Below, in pieces: positions 45,808 through 55,103 of a DNA stretch of 64,000 nt (its first letter is position 1; each line of letters begins with the position of its first letter). Position numbers and translations under genes: made by a program. The notes under the pieces are model-generated. The model had not been told where the DNA came from. It saw only the letters and a program-made list of their open reading frames with translations, and searched no databases. Source of the stretch: a virus (taxonomy: Duplodnaviria; Caudoviricetes); the IMG/VR virus record IMGVR_UViG_2974602649_000001, positions 1-64,000 of that record; one strand, written 5' to 3'.

Positions 45808-47286
45808 ATGTCTAACATTGTCCGCCCCCAATCGCCATTCCAAGTTAAGTACCTAAACAGCAACGCAAAGATTCTTGTTGTTGGTGGTGCAGCAGGTAGC
45901 TCTAAGAGTTACGTAGGCTTGATGAGACATTTGCGATGGGCAGAAGATCCGCTGTATAATGGTTACTGTATCCGTAAAAACAGTAACACTTTGATGAAAG
46001 CAGGTGGCTTGTTCCAAGAAGCAATCGCCCTGTATTCCAAAGTATATCCAAATCTCACAGTTCGTTGGAAAGACCAACGTATTGTTTTCCCTTCTGGTGC
46101 ATCTGTAACGTTTGCTCACTATGAGAACGACGCAGCGTATATGCAATACCAAGGGCTTCAGTTGTCTAACGTCTTCTATGATGAGGCAACACACGCAAGT
46201 GAAGAACACATCTGGTGGTTGGTATCTCGACTGCGTACAGCAGCGAACGTTAACCCCGGAATTTGGCTATCCTGTAACCCTGATCCTGACAGTTTCCTGT
46301 TTGACTGGGTTAAGTGGTGGCTCTACCCTGAAGGTCATCCTCAACACGGTATTGCTGATCCTGAGAAGAACGGTGTAACTCGTTACTGCCTTCGAATCAA
46401 TGGTGATATGGTCTGGGGAGATACGCCGGAAGAACTTACTTCCAAGTACGGGGAAGACAAGAAACCAATTGCATTCCAAGTGTTGCTGGGAACCTTGATG
46501 GACAACCCAACACTTATGGAGATGCAGCCAGAGTACAAATCAAACCTTGAAGCACTTCCAGAAGTTGAGATGCGTAGATTGCTTCTCGGTGACTGGACTG
46601 CCCGTGAGGAAGGTAGCACATACTTCCAGCGGTCATGGTGTGGCGAAGAAGCACTGATGGAACCTCCTAAGTCTGAGATTGTTCGTACAGTACGAGCATA
46701 CGACTTTGCTGGTACATTGAAGTCTAGTGCAAACCCAAGTCCTGACTATACAGCCTGTGTAAAAATTAGCAAGTTGAAGAACGGTAATTACTTCGTCCAT
46801 GATGTACAACGTACACGTATCCTTTACGGTGATTGGGAGAAATTCATTCTCGACAACGCAGCAAGGGACGGCAGAGACTGTGACATCATCATCCCGCTTG
46901 ACCCGGGTGCTTCTGCAAAGCTTTCAACATCGCTTCTGACCCGTGCTATCAGTGAACGTGGTTATCGTATCAGGACCATGCGAGCAACGCAAGCTAAACT
47001 TGATCGATTCCGACCATTCAGTTCCTTAGCGATGAACGGTCACGTACAGTTCCTCAAGGGTTGTGCATACGACTTTGAGAACAACATTGAAGCGAACAAC
47101 ACATTTATGTACCGAGAGCTTGAAGCTTTCAATGGTAAGAAACGAAGTGGTGAATCTGGTCACGATGACATTTGTGACGCCATTAGTGACGCCATTGGTA
47201 TCCTTGCTCAACGTCAAGCAATTCCAAGCATGGTGCATGCTCTTACGAGCACACGCCTTTCCCACAGTACCCCTTTCGATAATTAA
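45808..47286 (+). CDS. terL: terminase large subunit
   Basis: GGAAGSSKS Walker A, FYDEAT Walker B, SCNPD, RAYDFA, HDDICDA nuclease. Confidence 0.95.
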   Translation: MSNIVRPQSPFQVKYLNSNAKILVVGGAAGSSKSYVGLMRHLRWAEDPLYNGYCIRKNSNTLMKAGGLFQEAIALYSKVYPNLTVRWKDQRIVFPSGASVTFAHYENDAAYMQYQGLQLSNVFYDEATHASEEHIWWLVSRLRTAANVNPGIWLSCNPDPDSFLFDWVKWWLYPEGHPQHGIADPEKNGVTRYCLRINGDMVWGDTPEELTSKYGEDKKPIAFQVLLGTLMDNPTLMEMQPEYKSNLEALPEVEMRRLLLGDWTAREEGSTYFQRSWCGEEALMEPPKSEIVRTVRAYDFAGTLKSSANPSPDYTACVKISKLKNGNYFVHDVQRTRILYGDWEKFILDNAARDGRDCDIIIPLDPGASAKLSTSLLTRAISERGYRIRTMRATQAKLDRFRPFSSLAMNGHVQFLKGCAYDFENNIEANNTFMYRELEAFNGKKRSGESGHDDICDAISDAIGILAQRQAIPSMVHALTSTRLSHSTPFDN

Positions 47287-47295
47287 GGATGAGAG

Positions 47296-48831
47296 ATGGC
47301 TGAAACTAAAACTGAGACAACCATCTCCCTGAAAACCGGAGGTGAGAAGATCCCTCCAATGGTGTATGGTCAGACAGGTTACACAGGTCTTACGACTCTT
47401 GGTGGTCAAGTATTTGATGACTGTCACAAGGATCTACGCTGGCCCCGTGCCTACAAGACTTATCAGAAGATGGCGGATAACGTCATTATCGCCCCAGCCC
47501 TTGAGTACGTTGAGGGAATGGTAGCAACAGCAAACTGGAAAGTCAAGATCCCGAAAGGTGTTCCAGCGGAACGGGAGAAAGAGCTACTTGCTCAACAGAA
47601 GTTCCTGAACGAATGTGTTGGTGACATGGATCACTCATGGACAGAGTTCATTAAGAACGCATTGACGTTCAACCGATATGGATTCAGCATCATTGAGATG
47701 AACCTTCGTTTCCGTAACAAGAAATACGGTTCTCACTTTGAGGATGGTCTGGTTGGTATTGCATCTCTGTCTCCACGCTCTCAAGGTACAATCGTTGAAT
47801 GGTGGTGGGGTGATAAAGGTCGTCGTATTGATGGTTTCGATCAACGTGTGATTATTCCTGCGGATGACAGTATCGCAATCAATGCTGGTTGGGAATTGCT
47901 GCGTCAGATGGAAACAATGCAAACAGCTATCAAGTACATTCCGATGAAGAAGTGTTTGCACTTCCGTCACAATCCACAGAACGATAGTCCATCGGGTACT
48001 TCCCCGCTCAAAGCTGCATATGAACCATGGAAATTGATTCAAGCTTACCAGTCCTCTGAAGCGATTGGTGTAGCCCAAGATAACAACGCATTTAAGATCC
48101 TGTTCCTCCCTCCTGAATACCTTCAGGAAAATGCTGATGAAGAGTACAAGCGTAGCTTCCAACTCTACCAGCAAATGATGGAACGAGCGCATCAAGCAAA
48201 ACAAAGTGGCTTCATCCTCCCAATGCTCACTGATCCTGAAGGCAAGCGTATGTTTGACTTTGAGATTAAGAACATCTCGGGTACGAAGTCTTATGACGTT
48301 AACGCAATCATCGCACGTTATACACGAGAGATTCAAGTTGCCCTCTTCGCTGACGTACTGTCGCTGGGTGGTGGATCTGGTGGTTCTTACTCTCTGGCAG
48401 AGTCCAAGGTAAGCATCATTGACCTCGCTGTGAAGTCTCGCCTCCAAGTAATTAAAGACCAGCTTGTCAAACTTGTCAAGACACTCTTTGAGCAAAACGG
48501 TTGGCCTACGGATATCATGCCGTACTTTGACTTCGACGTTCCGAACGCAGAGACGTTGGATAACAAAGGCAAATTCTACCAGCGTGTTAAAGCTGTCGGT
48601 CTTATGCCAGTAGTACCTCAAGTTATCAACCACATCCTCGCTGATGCTGGTATTGATTACCAAGTACCAGACGACATGTCCACCGAGGAACTGATGAAGA
48701 TTCTTGCCCCAGTTGGTGAGGCAATGCAGTCTGAAGCTGGTGGGGGAATGAAATCTGGAATGTCGAACAGTAATGGTTCTGGCACAGGTAAGAGTGGAGA
48801 CTCTTCTGTCTCCAATAAAGATAACGTATAA
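47296..48831 (+). CDS. portal protein
   Basis: follows terL; 511 aa; YGFS..E, P.G.SPL, GSYSLAE motifs. Confidence 0.88.
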   Translation: MAETKTETTISLKTGGEKIPPMVYGQTGYTGLTTLGGQVFDDCHKDLRWPRAYKTYQKMADNVIIAPALEYVEGMVATANWKVKIPKGVPAEREKELLAQQKFLNECVGDMDHSWTEFIKNALTFNRYGFSIIEMNLRFRNKKYGSHFEDGLVGIASLSPRSQGTIVEWWWGDKGRRIDGFDQRVIIPADDSIAINAGWELLRQMETMQTAIKYIPMKKCLHFRHNPQNDSPSGTSPLKAAYEPWKLIQAYQSSEAIGVAQDNNAFKILFLPPEYLQENADEEYKRSFQLYQQMMERAHQAKQSGFILPMLTDPEGKRMFDFEIKNISGTKSYDVNAIIARYTREIQVALFADVLSLGGGSGGSYSLAESKVSIIDLAVKSRLQVIKDQLVKLVKTLFEQNGWPTDIMPYFDFDVPNAETLDNKGKFYQRVKAVGLMPVVPQVINHILADAGIDYQVPDDMSTEELMKILAPVGEAMQSEAGGGMKSGMSNSNGSGTGKSGDSSVSNKDNV

Positions 48832-48840
48832 GGAGGTATT

Positions 48841-50223
48841 ATGGCTGTACCACACTCGCTCGTAAGAGTTAAAAAGATGCTGACCAACACTCCACTGTTG
48901 GTTGATGCAACAACGTTTAATGAGATTGCCAATTATGTGAATAGTCGCATTGAGGGCAATGCTGACCTTCATCCTGACATGGTAAGTCGAGCAGACGTAG
49001 AGGGTGACTTCAAGTCCCGTTATATTGATGCTATCAAGCTTGGTGTTATGGAAATCTCTGGACCACTTACCTATCGAACATCTGGCTGGGAAGCCATGTG
49101 TGGTGGTACAAGTTATGAGATGCTGAAAGGTCAAATGGAATACTTTGTGAGTCAAGGTGCCAAGACTGTAGCGATGTATGCTGACAGTGGTGGTGGCCAA
49201 GCTCACGGTATGATCGACAGTGCAAACTACATTCGAAAACTTGCTGATGAGAACGGCATTAAGATTGTAGCATTTGTTGATGGTATCAGTGCTTCTGCTT
49301 GCTATGGACTAACATCCATTGCTGATGAAATCGTCATGACTTCTGACTCTCAAGTTGGTTCGATTGGTGTATTGATTCAACTGTACAACGATAGCAAGGC
49401 GCTTGAGAAAGCGGGCTATGAACGTACTTTCATTACAGCAGGCGCTGATAAAGTTCCATTCGATAATGATGGTGCATTCACTCAATCGTTCCTTGATGGT
49501 CTTCAGGCTCAAGTTGATGAACTGTACGAAGGTTTCACTGCTCACGTAGCTAATCATCGTGCAATGAGTCAAGACGCAGTTAAAGGTACAGAGGCAAACG
49601 TCTTCATGGCGAAAGAAGCTCTTAAGCTTGGACTTGCTGACAGTATTATGACTGCTGAAGAATTCAATGAATATATTGGCAATGTAGCCGCAAGTAATAT
49701 ACAGGGGAATGACGTATCCGTGAAAAGCATTCTAAATATGAACTCAACTCAAGAGGTAACTGAAATGGCAACCGTAGCCGAACTTACTGATCAACTGGCT
49801 CAGGCACACGCCACAATTGAAGCCAATGCAAATGCTCTGGCAACTGTAACTGAGCTGACATCGAAGCTGGCTGCTGCAACTGCCATGCTGGAAGCCACAC
49901 AAGAAAAAGTAGCTGCAATGGAAACTGCTGCCGCTGCAACCAAACTGGAAGGTCGTAAAGCTGCTCTGGCTGAAGTACTGCCAACCGATCAAGTCGAAGC
50001 CAAACTTGCCTCTTACGGTAGTCTGGACGACGCAACGTTCTCTTTCATCGTAGGTGAATTGCAAGCTGCCAAAGACGCTCGTGCTGCTTCGTTTGGTCCT
50101 ATTGGTTCGGAGAACGCCCAACTCACTGATGAAGCTTCTGATGAAGACGAAGGTGACAAAGCTGATGCTGGTTACACAGCACTGTTGGAAGCTGGCAAAG
50201 CTGCTGCTGCTCGCCTGCGCTAA
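48841..50223 (+). CDS. S49 prohead protease with C-terminal scaffold
   Basis: DSGGG, SASACYGL, VGSIGV; Ala-rich coiled-coil C-terminus; possible internal start at 49765 (GAGGT RBS). Confidence 0.9.
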   Translation: MAVPHSLVRVKKMLTNTPLLVDATTFNEIANYVNSRIEGNADLHPDMVSRADVEGDFKSRYIDAIKLGVMEISGPLTYRTSGWEAMCGGTSYEMLKGQMEYFVSQGAKTVAMYADSGGGQAHGMIDSANYIRKLADENGIKIVAFVDGISASACYGLTSIADEIVMTSDSQVGSIGVLIQLYNDSKALEKAGYERTFITAGADKVPFDNDGAFTQSFLDGLQAQVDELYEGFTAHVANHRAMSQDAVKGTEANVFMAKEALKLGLADSIMTAEEFNEYIGNVAASNIQGNDVSVKSILNMNSTQEVTEMATVAELTDQLAQAHATIEANANALATVTELTSKLAAATAMLEATQEKVAAMETAAAATKLEGRKAALAEVLPTDQVEAKLASYGSLDDATFSFIVGELQAAKDARAASFGPIGSENAQLTDEASDEDEGDKADAGYTALLEAGKAAAARLR

Positions 50224-50251
50224 TTTATCAACCTATAAGAGGATTTAACTA

Positions 50252-50707
50252 ATGGCTTTCCAAAACATTACTCTGTTGAAGCGTCTGTCTGACCTGCTGA
50301 TTGGTCACTACATCAACAACTTCAACAACGAAGATGCAAACATTACTCCGCCAGCCGCTTCTGCTCCACTGAAACTGGGCACTGTTGTTTTCCGTGCTAA
50401 AGGTGGTGATAAGGCTGCTCCGTGGGCTGTGATTTCCGCACCTGCTGATGTAGACACCGCTAACGAGTTCGCCATCGTACTGGGTGACCAGTGGGCTTAC
50501 GCACAAGACTTCGTACCTAAGGCAATCGCTGCTGGTAAGTTCAACGCTATCGTGATTAAGCGTGGTCCAGTTGAACTGAAAGAGTTCTATATCAAGCAGG
50601 AAAACGCAACTGCTGCTGGTGCTTCTTACGGCATCCTTCTGGAACTGCTGGGCGATCAAGGTCTGGTTGTTAAAGAAGACGTAACCAATCTGAAAGTTAC
50701 TATCTAA
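50252..50707 (+). CDS. head decoration protein
   Basis: position between protease and capsid, size. Confidence 0.7.
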   Translation: MAFQNITLLKRLSDLLIGHYINNFNNEDANITPPAASAPLKLGTVVFRAKGGDKAAPWAVISAPADVDTANEFAIVLGDQWAYAQDFVPKAIAAGKFNAIVIKRGPVELKEFYIKQENATAAGASYGILLELLGDQGLVVKEDVTNLKVTI

Positions 50708-50771
50708 GTAACTTCGAAAACTTTGAGGGACGTTGTTCCCTCTACCTTTTAATTTATATAGGAGTATCTTC

Positions 50772-51872
50772 ATGGGTATCATGATTCTTGACAAAAATAT
50801 CGACCGCCTGAGCCAAGGTAAATATGTCGAACTGACAGACATTCTGGTCGAACTGCCAACTAACATTAACATCCTCGACGGTCTGGGTCTGTTTGAGGAG
50901 CAGTACACTTCCCTGCGTAAGATCGAAATTCAACGCAGCCAGTACAGCAACCACCTGTTGAAAGACAAGAACTGGGAAGCACAAGCTGATACCCAAGTTG
51001 TCAAGCCAGTAAAAGGCTTCATTCAGGCTAAGATCCCGAACTTCCAACTGCAAGACGCGATCAAGCCACAGGATATCGAAGGTATCGCTACTGTAAACGA
51101 TATTCTGGAAGCTGCTCAACTGGAAACCGTGATGGATGTCCGTATTGAGAAACTGGCTCACATCAACAACACCTTCGACCTGACCATGGACGTTGCTAAG
51201 ATGCAACTGCTGAAGCACGGTACAGTGTACGCTCCATCGGGTACTCTGGCTACCAGCTACGGTGACACCATTGACTTCTATGAAGAAATGGGCGTTACTC
51301 GTCAGACTCACGATCTGAAGCTGACCGGTGCTAATGACCCGCGTAAGTCGGTTTCGGAACTGGTTCGTAAGATGCGCCTGAGCCTGCGTAACACTCCAAC
51401 TCGCGGTAACTATCGTGAACTGGTTGTTATGTGTGGTCGTGATCTGTTCGACGCTGTATACACCAACCCATTCGTTACCGACGCTGTTAAGTACTTCAAT
51501 CAGGATCTGAACAAGCTCCTGCTGAAAACTCCAGACTCGGATAGCCGTTACGACTACAACTTCCGTAGCGTATCGCTGTGGGGCGTAACCTTCATTGACT
51601 GCTCTGTTGGTGGTTACGATGACGTAGACGGTAACTTCGTACAGTGGATTGAGGACAACAAAGGCATCGCAGTTCCACTGGGTGTTCGCGGTATGTTCAA
51701 AACCTACTTCGCTCCAGCGATGACCTTCTCCAGCGTTAACCGCAAGTCGAAAGGTCGTTACTACTTCGAGCGTCTGAACGATGAAGACAACCTGATCCAG
51801 ATGAAGGTTGAACACAACTTCATGAACGTCCTGCTGTACCCAGCATCTGTGTTCGATATCACCTTCTCCTAA
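50772..51872 (+). CDS. major capsid protein (lambda gpE-like)
   Basis: AGGAG RBS before ATG 50772; followed by terminator; highly biased codons. Confidence 0.88.
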   Translation: MGIMILDKNIDRLSQGKYVELTDILVELPTNINILDGLGLFEEQYTSLRKIEIQRSQYSNHLLKDKNWEAQADTQVVKPVKGFIQAKIPNFQLQDAIKPQDIEGIATVNDILEAAQLETVMDVRIEKLAHINNTFDLTMDVAKMQLLKHGTVYAPSGTLATSYGDTIDFYEEMGVTRQTHDLKLTGANDPRKSVSELVRKMRLSLRNTPTRGNYRELVVMCGRDLFDAVYTNPFVTDAVKYFNQDLNKLLLKTPDSDSRYDYNFRSVSLWGVTFIDCSVGGYDDVDGNFVQWIEDNKGIAVPLGVRGMFKTYFAPAMTFSSVNRKSKGRYYFERLNDEDNLIQMKVEHNFMNVLLYPASVFDITFS

Positions 51873-51887
51873 GTTGGTGACCCATTA

Positions 51888-51918
51888 AGGGCTGGCTTCG
51901 GCCAGCCTTTTTCGTTTT
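51888..51918 (+). terminator. intrinsic terminator
   Basis: GGCTGGC-TTCG-GCCAGCC-TTTTT. Confidence 0.9.
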
Positions 51919-51930
51919 TGAGGAGAAATT

Positions 51931-52362
51931 ATGGCACAAATGACAGATGATGAAAAGATTGCTTTCATCGCACTTATGCTCGGTGACATCCCGGGTGGTC
52001 CTTACTATCCGATGTTTACACCTGAACAATACGCATCATTCCTTAAAGCATCAAGTGGTAACCTGAGTCGAGCAATCATGCTTGCTGCTCTATCAGCCAG
52101 TTATCAGTTAGCTGGTGAGTCTTCCCGGGAGACAATTGGTGAACTCAGTATTTCCAATAGCACTTCCTCAAACTACCTGAAGCTTCTCGACTTCCTTCAG
52201 AAAGAAGTTGGCAAGATTCCACCACAAAGCATGATGCCTTGGTTTGCTGGGATGAACGAACCTGATTGTAATAAACTTCTGAATTACCATCGTTGTGATA
52301 AAGATTGGGAAGAACGGTGGACATTCATCGGTGGACCTCCTAAACCTTGTGGGGATTGCTAA
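51931..52362 (+). CDS. head-tail adaptor (probable)
   Basis: position; RETIGELSIS motif. Confidence 0.65.
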   Translation: MAQMTDDEKIAFIALMLGDIPGGPYYPMFTPEQYASFLKASSGNLSRAIMLAALSASYQLAGESSRETIGELSISNSTSSNYLKLLDFLQKEVGKIPPQSMMPWFAGMNEPDCNKLLNYHRCDKDWEERWTFIGGPPKPCGDC

Positions 52363-52754
52363 TGGCTGACTTTCATGAACGAATGAGGAACATGGTAATT
52401 CGACAGCTTGGTATGGGCAAGGGTGGTAAAGGAAGCCCACTGACAATGACGGTTAAAGGTTCTGGTGTATTCAATCCAGCTACAGGCAAGGTTGAACGAC
52501 AACCTGACACCGTTGTTACAGGCAGTGCTGTTCGGGTTAACTACAAAGTATACAGTTACAAGGATGAAACAATCCAGCAAGGTGACTTCCAACTGTACAT
52601 CTCACCAATCCTGATTACCGGTGATGAGTGTCCAACACCTGTTCCAGAACAAAGAATGACATTCAATAACAAGCCAGTAACTATTGTTCGTGTAGAGCCA
52701 TTCAATGACAACACAATGAACTGCGGCTGGAAAGTGCAGGCACGTTATGGATAA
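52362..52754 (+). CDS. head closure protein (probable)
   Basis: G.FNPATG...IQQGD pattern; TAATG coupling. Confidence 0.65.
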   Translation: MADFHERMRNMVIRQLGMGKGGKGSPLTMTVKGSGVFNPATGKVERQPDTVVTGSAVRVNYKVYSYKDETIQQGDFQLYISPILITGDECPTPVPEQRMTFNNKPVTIVRVEPFNDNTMNCGWKVQARYG

Positions 52755-53190
52755 TTTCTTGGATACTATTTATGAGTGGGTTGAAAACACAGAGTCAAAC
52801 ATTGACAACGCGCTTCAGACAATGGTACTATTAATTGGTAATAGTGTAGTTACCTTATCTCCGGTTGATACTGGTAGGTTCAAAGGAAACTGGCAACTTA
52901 CCATTGGAGAAATGGCAGGTAACAGCCTTGTTAGGTATGATCCACAAGGTACAGCGGTTCTCAACGAAATGGCTCGGACAGTAACTCAATTCACTGCTGG
53001 CCAAATCGCATACATCCAGAACCATGTCCTTTATGGTAATGACCTTGAACACGGTCTGTATAACGGTCCAACTCAAAAAGTTACAGAGGAAGGTTACAGC
53101 CGACAAGCCCCTGAAGGTATGGTTCAAATCACAGCATCTAAATTCCAAAAGATTGTAGCTGATGCAGTGAGACTATCTAAGGAGGTTTGA
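52747..53190 (+). CDS. HK97 gp10-like neck/tail completion protein
   Basis: SPVDTGRFKGNW, LE.G, S.QAP.GMV. Confidence 0.85.
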   Translation: MDNFLDTIYEWVENTESNIDNALQTMVLLIGNSVVTLSPVDTGRFKGNWQLTIGEMAGNSLVRYDPQGTAVLNEMARTVTQFTAGQIAYIQNHVLYGNDLEHGLYNGPTQKVTEEGYSRQAPEGMVQITASKFQKIVADAVRLSKEV

Positions 53191-53191
53191 T

Positions 53192-53647
53192 ATGAGTCAG
53201 AACCTGATTCGCACGCTAATCAATGCCCGAATGAATGCGGCTAACGCTGCTGGGCAAATCCTCACCAACCCGATCTACATTAACCACGATAACGAAGATC
53301 CTCTGAATCCAGAAGAGATTGGGTATAACCCATATCTGGTAACAAAGCTTCTTCCATCTGATACATACACTGATGCACTTGGTGGTGACCTTATCACAAG
53401 GACAGGTGTGTATCATATCAAGGTTAAAGTACCCTCCGCGTCTAATGCAGACCTATCGGGTGAAATCATTGATAACTTGTTTTCTTTGTTCCCAGTGGAC
53501 ACAGTTCTCAGTGAAAAAGATTCAACAGGAAAGATCACTTTCTCTGTGCAACTCATTTCCCCACTTCGACAGTATGGCGGTAAGCGTATTGACAACTGGT
53601 GGGTAGTCCCCTGTTCCTTTGAGTACAGGTCCGATACAATTAAATAA
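53192..53647 (+). CDS. tail terminator protein (probable)
   Basis: position before tail tube; G.Y.I.V..P and W..P.SF.YR motifs. Confidence 0.7.
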   Translation: MSQNLIRTLINARMNAANAAGQILTNPIYINHDNEDPLNPEEIGYNPYLVTKLLPSDTYTDALGGDLITRTGVYHIKVKVPSASNADLSGEIIDNLFSLFPVDTVLSEKDSTGKITFSVQLISPLRQYGGKRIDNWWVVPCSFEYRSDTIK

Positions 53648-53660
53648 GAGGATATAACAT

Positions 53661-54311
53661 ATGTCGTTCCAATTGCCAAACGGCTCTACTTTCGACTTCG
53701 CTGCCACCTACGGCACTGCTGTCACAGTAACTGCAATCTCTAACGCTTCGACTGCTGTTGCTACTGCTACTGGTCACTCTCTGGTGGAAGGTGACATTGT
53801 TGCCCTTACTTCGGGTTGGGTTCGACTGACTGGTCGTGCATTCCGTGTAGGTGCTGTAACTTCTGACACTTTCGAACTGGAAGGTGTTGATACCACTTCC
53901 ACTCAACGTTACCCAGTTGGTACTTCCGCTGGTTCGGCTTCCAAAGTTCTGACTTGGGTTAACATCCCACAGATTACTGAAGTAGCTTCGGCTGGTGGTG
54001 AGCAGCAGTTCTATCAGTTCGGTTTCCTTGAGGAAGACGAAGATCGTCAGATCCCAACTACCAAGTCCCCTTCGACTCTGACACTGACTGTTGCGGATGA
54101 CCCATCCCAACCATTCGTTCCAGTTGTTGAAGCCGCTGACGAACTGAAAGAGCAACGCATTCAGCGTCTGAACTTGGTTAACGGTGACATCATCCTGTAC
54201 AACTCCATTGCTTCGATCACGAACACCCCTTCGCTGACTCGTAACCAGTTGATGGTTCGTACAATCACTCTGGCTCAACAAGGTCGAGTAACCCGATACA
54301 AAGGCGCCTAA
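53661..54311 (+). CDS. major tail tube protein
   Basis: LPNGST, SNA..AVAT, SGW..L, GGEQQF..F.FLE. Confidence 0.9.
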   Translation: MSFQLPNGSTFDFAATYGTAVTVTAISNASTAVATATGHSLVEGDIVALTSGWVRLTGRAFRVGAVTSDTFELEGVDTTSTQRYPVGTSAGSASKVLTWVNIPQITEVASAGGEQQFYQFGFLEEDEDRQIPTTKSPSTLTLTVADDPSQPFVPVVEAADELKEQRIQRLNLVNGDIILYNSIASITNTPSLTRNQLMVRTITLAQQGRVTRYKGA

Positions 54312-54325
54312 GGCGTAACCCTTAT

Positions 54326-54350
54326 GCCCTACCACTCGGTGGGGCTTTTT
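54326..54350 (+). terminator. intrinsic terminator
   Basis: GCCCTACC-ACTC-GGTGGGGC-TTTTT. Confidence 0.8.
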
Positions 54351-54372
54351 CATTTCTATAGGAGATAAAATT

Positions 54373-54774
54373 ATGGCTAAGAGTTTTAAGATTCAACTTA
54401 ACCCAACTTTCCAATCGGCAGTTGAAATCCCTCGTGTTGGTGGTGACCCTATGCGAGTAACATTCACCTTTAAAGCTTTCGACCGACTGGCTATGGCTCG
54501 AATCTTCGACAAGTGGAAAGAGCAAGGTGAAGAAATGCTCAAGCAGATGCGTGAAGACACTGAGAATGATAATCCATGGTCTATGGAGAAACTTACCACC
54601 AAGGAGATTGAATTGCAAGCCAGTCAACTGAAAGACGTTGTTGATGGTTGGGGATTCAGCGATGAGTTCAATGATGAAAATATTGAGGCATTGGTCGGTA
54701 CTGCTGTCAGTGTAACAGATGCGATCATGGAACAATACCATGAAGCTTATGCACGAGCACGCAAGGGAAACTAA
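54373..54774 (+). CDS. tail assembly chaperone (gpG-like)
   Basis: NPTF...V.IP..GG, W.F..EF..EN; ends on slippery G GGA AAC. Confidence 0.88.
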   Translation: MAKSFKIQLNPTFQSAVEIPRVGGDPMRVTFTFKAFDRLAMARIFDKWKEQGEEMLKQMREDTENDNPWSMEKLTTKEIELQASQLKDVVDGWGFSDEFNDENIEALVGTAVSVTDAIMEQYHEAYARARKGN

Positions 54775-55103
54775 TAGGCGCCGCTCACAAGTTGTATGTG
54801 AGAGAAACATCGGTTCACCAAGCAGGCATGTTCGGTCTTACACTTGAGGAACTTCCACAGGAAGACTACCTCATTTGGGATTGTAACTGGCCTGCTTTCG
54901 ATGTATTCAGCAACATGGCCACACAGTGGCGTGTTGGATTTAACGGTGCCATTGGTCTTGATTACAACGCAATCCCCTTCACGGCAAAGTGTCTAGGATA
55001 CAAAAACAAACAAGTTAAAGCAATGTTCCCTGACCTACAAGTGATGGAGAACGAAGCACTCATCACTATGGGGGAGAATCAGAAAAATGCCGACAATCGC
55101 TGA
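54765..55103 (+). CDS. tail chaperone -1 frameshift extension (gpGT-like)
   Basis: G GGA AAC at 54765-54771; -1 frame open to 55103 with TQWR.G..G..GLDY motif. Confidence 0.85.
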   Translation, partial: GKLIGAAHKLYVRETSVHQAGMFGLTLEELPQEDYLIWDCNWPAFDVFSNMATQWRVGFNGAIGLDYNAIPFTAKCLGYKNKQVKAMFPDLQVMENEALITMGENQKNADNR

